NCBI GenBank assembly: GCA_964016885.1
Contig: OZ024743.1
Location: 277,264,001 to 277,328,000 of the forward strand
DNA: 64,000 nucleotides
DNA from: Eledone cirrhosa
Taxonomy: Eukaryota
Direction of reading: 5' to 3'
The stretch's first letter is position 1; each line of letters starts with the position of its first letter. This document shows, piece by piece, positions 24,001-35,600 of the stretch. The notes below the pieces were generated by a model, which did not search any database, was not told the origin of the DNA, and worked only from the letters and a program-made list of their open reading frames with translations. A program made the translations under genes and the position numbers.

Positions 24001-26627
24001 GTTGGCGTTGTGGTGGTTGTGGTTGGCGTTGTGGTGGTTGTGGTTGGCGTTGTGGTTGTTGTGGTTGGCGTTGTGGTTGTTGTGGTTGGCGTTGTGGTGG
24101 TTGTGGTTGGAGTTGTGGTGGTTGGCGTTGTGGTTGTTGTGGTTGATGTTGTGGTGGTTATGGATGGCGTTGTGGTTGTTGTGGTTGGCGTTGTGGTGGT
24201 TGTGGTTGGCGTTGTGGTGGTTGTGGTTGGCGTTGTGGTTGTTGTGGTTGGCGTTGTGGTGGTTGTGGTTGGAGTTGTGGTGGTTGTGGTTGGCGTTGTG
24301 GTTGTTGTGGTTGGCGTTGTGGTGGTTGTGGTTGGAGTTGTGGTTGTTTTGATTGGCGTTATGGTGGTTGTGATTGGCGTTGTGGTGGTTGTGGTTGGCA
24401 TTGTGGTGGTTGTGGTTGGCGTTGTGGTTGTTGTGGTTGGCGTTGTGGTTATTATGGATGGCGTTGTGGTTGTTGTGGTTGGCGTTGTGGTGGTTGTGGT
24501 TGGCGTTGTGGTGGTTGTGGTTGGCGTTGGGGTTGTTGTGGTTTGCGTTGTCGTGCTGGTGGTTGGAGTTGTGGTGGTTGTGGTTGGCGTTGTGGTGGTT
24601 GTGGTTGGCGTTGTGGTGGTTGTGGTTGGCGTTGTGGTGGTTGTGGTTGGCGTTGTGGTTGTTGTGGTTGGCGTTGTGGTGGTTGTGGTTGGCGTTATGG
24701 TAGTTGTGGTTGGCGTTGTGGTGGTTGTGGTTGGGGTTGTGGTTGTTGTTGTTGGCGTTGTGGTGGTTGTGGTTGGTGGTTTTGGTGGTTGTGGTTGGCG
24801 TTGTGGTGGTTGTGGTTGGCGTTGTGGTGGTTGGCGTTGTGGTTGTTGTGGTTGATGTTGTGGTGGTTATGGATGGCGTTGTGGTTGTTGTGGTTGGCGT
24901 TGTGGTGGTTGTGGTTGGCGTTGTGGTGGTTGTGGTTGGCGTTGTGGTTGTTATGGTTGGCGTTGTGGTGGTTGTGGTTGGAGTTGTGGTGGTTGTGGTT
25001 GGCGTTGTGGTTGTTGTGGTTGGCGTTGTGGTGGTTGTGGTTGGAGTTGTGGTTGTTTTGATTGGCGTTATGGTGGTTGTGATTGGCGTTGTGGTGGTTG
25101 TGGTTGGCATTGTGGTGGTTGTGGTTGGCGTTGTGGTTGTTGTGGTTGGGGTTGTGGTTGTTGTTGTTGGCGTTGTGGTGGTTGTGGTTGGTGGTTTTGG
25201 TGGTTGTGGTTGGCGTTGTGGTGGTTGTGGTTGGCGTTGTGGTGGTTGTGGTTGGCGTGGTGGTTGTATGTGGTTGGCGTTGTGGTGGTTGTGGTTGGCG
25301 TTGTGGTTGTTGTGGTTGGCGTTTGCCCGGTTGTGGTTGGAGTTGTGGTGGTTGTGGTTGGCGTTGTCGTTGTTGTGGTTGGAGTTGTGGTGGTTGTGGT
25401 TGGCGTTGTGGTGGTTGTGGTTGGCGTTTGCCCGGTTGTGGTTGGAGTTGTGGTGGGAGTGGTTGGCGTTGTGGTTGTTGTGGTTGGAGTTGTGGTGGTT
25501 GTGGTTGGCGTTGTGGTGGTTGTGGTTGGCGTTGTGGTGGTTGTGGTTGGCGTTGTGGTGGTTGTGGTTGGCGTTGTGGTGGTTGTGGTTGCCGTTGTGG
25601 TTGGCGTTGTGGTGGTTGTGCTTGGAGTTGTGGTGGTTGTGTTTGGCGTTGTGGTGGTTGTGGTTGGCGTTGTGGTGGTTGTGGTTGGCGTTTGCCCGGT
25701 GGTGGTTGACGTTGAGGTGGTTGTGGTTGGCGTTGTGGTGGTTGTGGTTGGCGTTGTGGTGGTTGTGGTTGGCGTTGTGGTCGTTGTGGTTGGCGTTGTG
25801 GTGGTTGTGGTTGGCGTTATGGTTGTTGTGGTTGGCGTTGTGGTGGCTGTGGTTGGCGTGTGGTTGTTGTGTTTGGCGTTGTGGTTGTTGTGGTTGGCGT
25901 TGTGGTTGTTGTGGTTGGCGTTGTGGTGGTTGTGGTTGGCGTTGTGGTGGTTGTGGTTGGCGTTGTGTTGGTTGTGGTTGGCGTTGTGGTGGTTGTGGTT
26001 GGCCTTGCGGTGGTTGTGGTTGAAGTTGTGGTGGTTGTGGTTGGCGTTGTGGTTGTTGTGGTTGGCGTTGTGGTGGTTGTGGTTGGCGTTGTGGTTGGCG
26101 TTGTGGTGGTTGTGGTTGGAGTTGTGGTGGTTGTGGTTGGAGTTGTGGTGGTTGTGGTTGGCATTGTGGTAGTTGTGGTTGGCGTTGTGGTGGTTGTGGT
26201 TGGCGTTGTGGTTGTTGTGGTTGGCGTTATGGTTGTTGTGGTTGGCGTTGTGGTGGTTGTGGTTGGCGTTGTGGTGGTTGTGGTTGGCGTTGTGGTTGTT
26301 GTGGTTGGCGTTGTGGTTGTTGTGGTTGGCGTTGTGGTGGTTGTGGTTGGAGTTGTGGTGGTTGGCGTTGTGGTTGTTGTGGTTGATGTTGTGGTGGTTA
26401 TGGATGGCGTTGTGGTTGTTGTGGTTAGCGTTGTGGTGGTTGTGGTTGGCGTTGTGGTGGTTGTGGTTGGCGTTGTGGTTGTTGTGGTTGGCGTTGTAGT
26501 GGTTGTGGTTGAAGTTGTGGTGGTTGTGTTTGGCGTTGTGGTGGTTGTGGTTGGCGTTGTGGTGGTTGTGGTTGGCGTTGTGGTGGTTGTGGTTGCCGTT
26601 GTGGTTGGCGTTGTGGTGGTTGTGGTT
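15021..26627. repeat. Tandem duplication of a higher-order unit of about 5.8 kb, itself containing a unit of about 3.2 kb
   Basis: Marker offsets 15021/20832, 16155/21966 and 16841/22652 (5811), 18961/24775 (5814), 19373/25190 (5817). Inner period 16155-19373 (3218) and 21966-25190 (3224). Confidence 0.88.
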
Positions 26628-29600
26628 GGAGTTGTGGTGGTTGTGGTTGGCGTTGAGGTGGTTGTGGTTGGAGTTGTGGTGCTTGTGGTTGGCGTTGTGG
26701 TGGTTGTGGTTGGCGTTGTGGTGGTTGTGGTTGGCGTTGTGGTGGTTGTGGTTGGCGTTGTGGTGGTTGTGGTTGGCGTTATGGTTGTTGTGGTTGGCGT
26801 TGTGGTGGCTGTGGTTGGCGTTGTGGTTGTTGTCTTTGGCGTTGTGGTTGTTGTGGTTGGCGTTGTGGTTGTTGTGGTTGGCGTTGTGGTGGTTGTGGTT
26901 GGCGTTGTGGTGGTTGTGGTTGGCGTTGTGTTGGTTGTGGTTGGTGTTGTGGTGGTTGTGGTGGTTGTGGTTGGCCTTGTGGTGGTTGTGGTTGAAGTTG
27001 TAGTGGTTGTGGTTGCCGTTGTGGTTGGCGTTGTGGTGGTTGTGGTTGGAGTTGTGGTGGTTGTGGTTGGCTTTGTGGTGGATGTGGTTGGAGTTGTGGG
27101 GGTTGTGGTTGGCGTTGTGGTAGTTGTGGTTGGCGTTGTGGTGGTTGTGGTTGGAGTTGTTGTGGTTGTGGTTGGCGTTGTGGTTGTTGTGGTTGGCGTT
27201 ATGGTTGTTGTGGTTGGCGTTGTGGTGGTTGTGGTTGGCGTTGTGGTGGTTGTGGTTGGCGTTGTGGTTGTTGTGGTTGGCGTTGTGGTTGTTGTGGTTG
27301 GCGTTGTGGTGGTTGTGGTTGGAGTTGTGGTGGTTGGCGTTGTGGTTGTTGTGGTTGATGTTGTGGTGGTTATGGATGGCGTTGTGGTTGTTGTGGTTGG
27401 CGTTGTGGTGGTTGTGGTTGGCGTTGTGGTGGTTGTGGTTGGCGTTGTGGTTGTTGTGGTTGGCGTTGTGGTGGTTGTGGTTGGAGTTGTGGTGGTTGTG
27501 GTTGGCGTTGTGGTTGTTGTGGTTGGCGTTGTGGTGGTTGTGGTTGGAGTTGTGGTTGTTTTGATTGGCGTTATGGTGGTTGTGATTGGCGTTGTGGTGG
27601 TTGTGGTTGGCATTGTGGTGGTTGTGGTTGGCGTTGTGGTTGTTGTGGTTGGCGTTGTGGTTATTATGGATGGCGTTGTGGTTGTTGTGGTTGGCGTTGT
27701 GGTGGTTGTGGTTGGCGTTGTGGTGGTTGTGGTTGGCGTTGGGGTTGTTGAGGTTTGCGTTGTCGTGCTGGTGGTTGGAGTTGTGGTGGTTGTGGTTGGC
27801 GTTGTGGTGGTTGTGGTTGGCGTTGTGGTGGTTGTGGTTGGCGTTGTGGTGGTTGTGGTTGGCGTTGTGGTTGTTGTGGTTGGCGTTGTGGTGGTTGTGG
27901 TTGGCGTTATGGTAGTTGTGGTTGGCGTTGTGGTGGTTGTGGTTGGGGTTGTGGTTGTTGTTGTTGGCGTTGTGGTGGTTGTGGTTGGTGGTTTTGGTGG
28001 TTGTGGTTGGCGTTGTGGTGGTTGTGGTTGGCGTTGTGGTGGTTGGCGTTGTGGTTGTTGTGGTTGATGTTGTGGTGGTTATGGATGGCGTTGTGGTTGT
28101 TGTGGTTGGCGTTGTGGTGGTTGTGGTTGGCGTTGTGGTGGTTGTGGTTGGCGTTGTGGTTGTTATGGTTGGCGTTGTGGTGGTTGTGGTTGGAGTTGTG
28201 GTGGTTGTGGTTGGCGTTGTGGTTGTTGTGGTTGGCGTTGTGGTGGTTGTGGTTGGAGTTGTGGTTGTTTTGATTGGCGTTATGGTGGTTGTGATTGTCG
28301 TTGTGGTGGTTGTGGTTGGCATTGTGGTGGTTGTGGTTGGCGTTGTGGTTGTTGTGGTTGGGGTTGTGGTTATTATGGATGGCGTTGTGGTTGTTGTGGT
28401 TGGCGTTGTGGTGGTTGTGGTTGGCGTTGTGGTGGTTGTGGTTGGCGTTGGGGTTGTTGTGGTTTGCGTTGTGGTGCTGGTGGTTGGAGTTGTGGTGGTT
28501 GTGGTTGGCGTTGTGGTGGTTGTGGTTGGCGTTGTGGTGGTTGTGGTTGGCGTTGTGGTGGTTGTGGTTGGCGTTGTGGTTGTTGTGGTTGGCGTTGTGG
28601 TGGTTGTGGTTGGCGTTATGGTAGTTGTGGTTGGCGTTGTAGTGGTTGTGGTTGGGGTTGTGGTTGTTGTTGTTGGCGTTGTGGTGGTTGTGGTTGGTGG
28701 TTTTGGTGGTTGTGGTTGGCGTTGTGGTGGTTGTGGTTGGCGTTGTGGTGGTTGTGGTTGGCGTGGTGGTTGTATGTGGTTGGCGTTGTGGTGGTTGTGG
28801 TTGGCGTTGTGGTTGTTGTGGTTGGCGTTTGCCCGGTTGTGGTTGGAGTTGTGGTGGTTGTGGTTGGCGTTGTCGTTGTTGTGGTTGGAGTTGTGGTGGT
28901 TGTGGTTGGCGTTGTGGTTGTTGTGGTTGGCGTTGTAGTGGTTGTGGTTGAAGTTGTGGTGGTTGTGTTTGGCGTTGTGGTGGTTGTGGTTGGCGTTGTG
29001 GTGGTTGTGGTTGGCGTTGTGGTGGTTGTGGTTGCCGTTGTGGTTGGCGTTGTGGTGGTTGTGGTTGGAGTTGTGGTGGTTGTGGTTGGCGTTGAGGTGG
29101 TTGTGGTTGGAGTTGTGGTGCTTGTGGTTGGCGTTGTGGTGGTTGTGGTTGGCGTTGTGGTGGTTGTGGTTGGCGTTGTGGTGGTTGTGGTTGGCGTTGT
29201 GGTGGTTGTGGTTGGCGTTATGGTTGTTGTGGTTGGCGTTGTGGTGGCTGTGGTTGGCGTTGTGGTTGTTGTCTTTGGCGTTGTGGTTGTTGTGGTTGGC
29301 GTTGTGGTTGTTGTGGTTGGCGTTGTGGTGGTTGTGGTTGGCGTTGTGGTGGTTGTGGTTGGCGTTGTGTTGGTTGTGGTTGGTGTTGTGGTGGTTGTGG
29401 TTGGCCTTGTGGTGGTTGTGGTTGAAGTTGTGGTGGTTGTGGTTGCCGTTGTGGTTGGCGTTGTGGTGGTTGTGGTTGGAGTTGTGGTGGTTGTGGTTGG
29501 CTTTGTGGTGGATGTGGTTGGAGTTGTGGGGGTTGTGGTTGGCGTTGTGGTAGTTGTGGTTGGCATTGTGGTGGTTGTGGTTGGAGTTGTTGTGGTTGTG

Positions 29601-32600
29601 GTTGGCGTTGTGGTTGTTGTGGTTGGCGTTATGGTTGTTGTGGTTGGCGTTGTGGTGGTTGTGGTTGGCGTTGTGGTGGTTGTGGTTGGCGTTGTGGTTG
29701 TTGTGGTTGGCGTTGTGGTTGTTGTGGTTGGCGTTGTGGTGGTTGTGGTTGGAGTTGTGGTGGTTGGCGTTGTGGTTGTTGTGGTTGATGTTGTGGTGGT
29801 TATGGATGGCGTTGTGGTTGTTGTGGTTGGCGTTGTGGTGGTTGTGGTTGGCGTTGTGGTGGTTGTGGTTGGCGTTGTGGTTGTTGTGGTTGGCGTTGTG
29901 GTGGTTGTGGTTGGAGTTGTGGTGGTTGTGGTTGGCGTTGTGGTTGTTGTGGTTGGCGTTGTGGTGGTTGTGGTTGGAGTTGTGGTTGTTTTGATTGGCG
30001 TTATGGTGGTTGTGATTGGCGTTGTGGTGGTTGTGGTTGGCATTGTGGTGGTTGTGGTTGGCGTTGTGGTTGTTGTGGTTGGCGTTGTGGTTATTATGGA
30101 TGGCGTTGTGGTTGTTGTGGTTGGCGTTGTGGTGGTTGTGGTTGGCGTTGTGGTGGTTGTGGTTGGCGTTGGGGTTGTTGAGGTTTGCGTTGTCGTGCTG
30201 GTGGTTGGAGTTGTGGTGGTTGTGGTTGGCGTTGTGGTGGTTGTGGTTGGCGTTGTGGTGGTTGTGGTTGGCGTTGTGGTGGTTGTGGTTGGCGTTGTGG
30301 TTAGTTGTGGTTGGCGTTGTGGTGGTTGTGGTTGGCGTTATGGTAGTTGTGGTTGGCGTTGTGGTGGTTGTGGTTGGGGTTGTGGTTGTTGTTGTTGGCG
30401 TTGTGGTGGTTGTGGTTGGTGGTTTTGGTGGTTGTGGTTGGCGTTGTGGTGGTTGTGGTTGGCGTTGTGGTGGTTGGCGTTGTGGTTGTTGTGGTTGATG
30501 TTGTAGTGGTTATGGATGGCGTTGTGGTTGTTGTGGTTGGCGTTGTGGTGGTTGTGGTTGGCGTTGTGGTGGTTGTGGTTGGCGTTGTGGTTGTTATGGT
30601 TGGCGTTGTGGTGGTTGTGGTTGGAGTTGTGGTGGTTGTGGTTGGCGTTGTGGTTGTTGTGGTTGGCGTTGTGGTGGTTGTGGTTGGAGTTGTGGTTGTT
30701 TTGATTGGCGTTATGGTGGTTGTGATTGGCGTTGTGGTGGTTGTGGTTGGCATTGTGGTGGTTGTGGTTGGCGTTGTGGTTGTTGTGGTTGGGGTTGTGG
30801 TTATTATGGATGGCGTTGTGGTTGTTGTGGTTGGCGTTGTGGTGGTTGTGGTTGGCGTTTGCCCGGTGGTGGTTGACGTTGAGGTGGTTGTGGTTGGAGT
30901 TGTGGTGCTTGTGGTTGGCGTTGTGGTGGTTGTGGTTGGCGTTGTGGTGGTTGTGGTTGGCGTTGTGGTCGTTGTGGTTGGCGTTGTGGTGGTTGTGGTT
31001 GGCGTTATGGTTGTTGTGGTTGGCGTTGTGGTGGCTGTGGTTGGCGTGTGGTTGTTGTGTTTGGCGTTGTGGTTGTTGTGGTTGGCGTTGTGGTTGTTGT
31101 GGTTGGCGTTGTGGTGGTTGTGGTTGGCGTTGTGGTGGTTGTGGTTGGCGTTGTGTTGGTTGTGGTTGGCGTTGTGGTGGTTGTGGTTGGCCTTGCGCTG
31201 GTTGTGGTTGAAGTTGCGGTGGTTGTGGTTGGCGTTGTGGTTGTTGTGGTTGGCGTTGTGGTGGTTGTGGTTGGCGTTGTGGTTGGCGTTGTGGTGGTTG
31301 TGGTTGGAATTGTGGTGGTTGTGGTTGGAGTTGTTGTGGTTGTGGTTGGCGTTGTGGTAGTTGTGGTTGGCGTTGTGGTGGTTGTGGTTGGCGTTGTGGT
31401 TGTTGTGGTTGGCGTTATGGTTGTTGTGGTTGGCGTTGTGGTGGTTGTGGTTGGCGTTGTGGTGGTTGTGGTTGGCGTTGTGGTTGTTGTGGTTGGCGTT
31501 GTGGTTGTTGTGGTTGGCGTTGTGGTGGTTGTGGTTGGAGTTGTGGTGGTTGGCGTTGTGGTTGTTGTGGTTGATGTTGTGGTGGTTATGGATGGCGTTG
31601 TGGTTGTTGTGGTTGGCGTTGTGGTGGTTGTGGTTGGCGTTGTGGTGGTTGTGGTTGGCGTTGTGCTTGTTGTGGTTGGCGTTGTAGTGGTTGTGGTTGA
31701 AGTTGTGGTGGTTGTGTTTGGCGTTGTGGTGGTTGTGGTTGGCGTTGTGGTGGTTGTGGTTGGCGTTGTGGTGGTTGTGGTTGCCGTTGTGGTTGGCGTT
31801 GTGGTGGTTGTGGTTGGAGTTGTGGTGGTTGTGGTTGGCGTTGAGGTGGTTGTGGTTGGAGTTGTGGTGCTTGTGGTTGGCGTTGTGGTGGTTGTGGTTG
31901 GCGTTGTGGTGGTTGTGGTTGGCGTTGTGGTGGTTGTGGTTGGCGTTGTGGTGGTTGTGGTTGGCGTTATGGTTGTTGTGGTTGGCGTTGTGGTGGCTGT
32001 GGTTGGCGTTGTGGTTGTTGTCTTTGGCGTTGTGGTTGTTGTGGTTGGCGTTGTGGTTGTTGTGGTTGGCGTTGTGGTGTTTGTGGTTGGCGTTGTGGTG
32101 GTTGTGGTTGGCGTTGTGTTGGTTGTGGTTGGTGTTGTGGTGGTTGTGGTTGGCCTTGTGGTGGTTGTGGTTGAAGTTGTGGTGGTTGTGGTTGCCGTTG
32201 TGGTTGGCGTTGTGGTGGTTGTGGTTGGAGTTGTGGTGGTTGTGGTTGGCTTTGTGGTGGATGTGGTTGGAGTTGTGGGGGTTGTGGTTCGAGTTGTGGT
32301 AGTTGTGGTTGGCGTTGTGGTGGTTGTGGTTGGAGTTGTTGTGGTTGTGGTTGGCGTTGTGGTTGTTGTGGTTGGCGTTATGGTTGTTGTGGTTGGCGTT
32401 GTGGTGGTTGTGGTTGGCGTTGTGGTGGTTGTGGTTGGCGTTGTGGTTGTTGTGGTTGGCGTTGTGGTTGATGTGGTTGGCGTTGTGGTGGTTGTGGTTG
32501 GAGTTGTGGTGGTTGGCGTTGTGGTTGTTGTGGTTGATGTTGTGGTGGTTATGGATGGCGTTGTGGTTGTTGTGGTTGGCGTTGTGGTGGTTGTGGTTGG

Positions 32601-35600
32601 CGTTGTGGTGGTTGTGGTTGGCGTTGTGGTTGTTCTGGTTGGCGTTGTGGTGGTTGTGGTTGGAGTTGTGGTGGTTGTGGTTGGCGTTGTGGTTGTTGTG
32701 GTTGGCGTTGTGGTGGTTGTGGTTGGAGTTGTGGTTGTTTTGATTGGCGTTATGGTGGTTGTGATTGGCGTTGTGGTGGTTGTGGTTGGCATTGTGGTGG
32801 TTGTGGTTGGCGTTGTGGTTGTTGTGGTTGGCGTTGTGGTTATTATGGATGGCGTTGTGGTTGTTGTGGTTGGCGTTGTGGTGGTTGTGGTTGGCGTTGT
32901 GGTGGTTGTGGTTGGCGTTGGGGTTGTTGTGGTTTGCGTTGTGGTGCTGGTGGTTGGAGTTGTGGTGGTTGTGGTTGGCGTTGTGGTGGTTGTGGTTGGC
33001 GTTGTGGTGGTTGTGGTTGGCGTTGTGGTTGTTGTGGTTGGCGTTGTGGTGGTTGTGGTTGGCGTTATGGTAGTTGTGGTTGGCGTTGTGGTGGTTGTGG
33101 TTGGGGTTGTGGTTGTTGTTGTTGGCGTTGTGGTGGTTGTGGTTGGTGGTTTTGGTGGTTGTGGTTGGCGTTGTGGTGGTTGTGGTTGGCGTTGTGGTGG
33201 TTGTGGTTGGCGTGGTGGTTGTATGTGGTTGGCGTTGTGGTGGTTGTGGTTGGCGTTTGCCCGGTTGTGGTTGGAGTTGTGGTGGTAGTGGTTGGCGTTG
33301 TGGTTGTTGTGGTTGGAGTTGTGGTGGTTGTGGTTGGCGTTGTGGTGGTTGTGGTTGGCGTTGTGGTGGTTATGGTCGGCGTTGTGGTGGTTGTGGTTGG
33401 CGTTGTGGTTGGCGTTGTGGTGGTTGTGCTTGGAGTTGTGGTGGTTGTGTTTGGCGTTGTGGTGGTTGTGGTTGGCGTTGTGGTGGTTGTGGTTGGCGTT
33501 TGCCCGGTGGTGGTTGCCGTTGAGGTGGTTGTGGTTGGAGTTGTGGTGCTTGTGGTTGGCGTTGTGGTGGTTGTGGTTGGCGTTGTGGTGGTTGTGGTTG
33601 GCGTTGTGGTGGTTGTGGTTGGCGTTGTGGTGGTTGTGGTTGGCGTTATGGTTGTTGTGGTTGGCGTTGTGGTGGCTGTGGTTGGCGTTGTGGTTGTTGT
33701 GTTTGGCGTTGTGGTTGTTGTGGTTGGCGTTGTGGTTGTTGTGGTTGGCGTTGTGGTGGTTGTGGTTGGCGTTGTGGTGGTTGTGGTTGGCGTTGTGTTG
33801 GTTGTGGTTGGCGTTGTGGTGGTTGTGATTGGCGTTGTGGTGGTTGTGGTTGGCCTTGTGGTGGTTGTGGTTGAAGTTGTGGTGGTTGTGGTTGGCGTTG
33901 TGGTTGTTGTGGTTGGCGTTGTGGTGGTTGTGGTTGGCGTTGTGGTGGTTGTGGTTGGCGTTGTGGTGGTTGTGGTTGGCGTTGTGGTGGTTGTGGTTGC
34001 CGTTGTGGTTGGCGTTGTGGTGGTTGTGGTTGGAGTTGTGGTGGTTGTGGTTGGCGTTGTGGTGGTTGTGGTTGGAGTTGTGGTGGTTGTGGTTGGCGTT
34101 GTGGTAGTTGTGGTTGGCGTTGTGGTGGTTGTGGTTGGCGTTGTGGTGGTTGTGGTTGGCGTTGTGGTGGTTGTGATTGGAGTTGTGGTGGTTGTGGTTG
34201 GAGTTGTGGTGGTTGTGGTTGGCGTTGTGGTAGTTGTGGTTGGCGTTGTGGTGGTTGTGGTTGGCGTTGTGGTTGTTGTGGTTGGCGTTATGGTTGTTGT
34301 GGTTGGCGTTGTGGTGGTTGTGGTTGGCGTTGTGGTGGTTGTGGTTGGCGTTGTGGTTGTTGTGGTTGGCGTTGTGGTTGTTGTGGTTGGCGTTGTGGTG
34401 GTTGTGGTTGGAGTTGTGGTGGTTGGCGTTGTGGTTGTTGTGGTTGATGTTGTGGTGGTTATGGATGGCGTTGTGGTTGTTGTGGTTGGCGTTGTGGTGG
34501 TTGTGGTTGGCGTTGTGGTGGTTGTGGTTGGCGTTGTGGTTGTTGTGGTTGGCGTTGTAGTGGTTGTGGTTGAAGTTGTGGTGGTTGTGTTTGGCGTTGT
34601 GGTGGTTGTGGTTGGCGTTGTGGTGGTTGTGGTTGGCGTTGTGGTGGTTGTGGTTGCCGTTGTGGTTGGCGTTGTGGTGGTTGTGGTTGGAGTTGTGGTG
34701 GTTGTGGTTGGCGTTGAGGTGGTTGTGGTTGGAGTTGTGGTGCTTGTGGTTGGCGTTGTGGTGGTTGTGGTTGGCGTTGTGGTGGTTGTGGTTGGCGTTG
34801 TGGTGGTTGTGGTTGGCGTTGTGGTGGTTGTGGTTGGCGTTATGGTTGTTGTGGTTGGCGTTGTGGTGGCTGTGGTTGGCGTTGTGGTTGTTGTCTTTGG
34901 CGTTGTGGTGGTTGTGGTTGGCGTTGTGGTTGTTGTGGTTGGTGTTGTGGTGGTTGTGGTTGGCGTTGTGTTGGTTGTGGTTGGTGTTGTGTTGGTTGTG
35001 GTTTGCCTTGTGGTGGTTGTGGTTGAAGTTGTGGTGGTTGTGGTTACCGTTGTGGATGGCGTTGTGGTGGTTGTGGTTGGAGTTGTGGTGGTTGTGGTTG
35101 GCGTTGTGGTGGATGTGGTTGGAGTTGTGGGGGTTGTGGTTGGCGTTGTGGTAGTTGTGGTTGGCGTTGTGGTGGTTGTGGTTGGAGTTGTTGTGGTTGT
35201 GGTTGGCGTTGTGGTTGTTGTGGTTGGCGTTATGGTTGTTGTGGTTGGCGTTGTGGTGGTTGTGGTTGGCGTTGTGGTGGTTGTGGTTGGCGTTGTGGTT
35301 GTTGTGGTTGGCGTTGTGGTTGTTGTGGTTGGCGTTGTGGTGGTTGTGGTTGGAGTTGTGGTGGTTGGCGTTGTGGTTGTTGTGGTTGATGTTGTGGTGG
35401 TTATGGATGGCGTTGTGGTTGTTGTGGTTGGCGTTGTGGTGGTTGTGGTTGGCGTTGTGGTGGTTGTGGTTGGCGTTGTGGTTGTTGTGGTTGGCGTTGT
35501 GGTGGTTGTGGTTGGAGTTGTGGTGGTTGTGGTTGGCGTTGTGGTTGTTGTGGTTGGCGTTGTGGTGGTTGTGGTTGGAGTTGTGGTTGTTTTGATTGGC

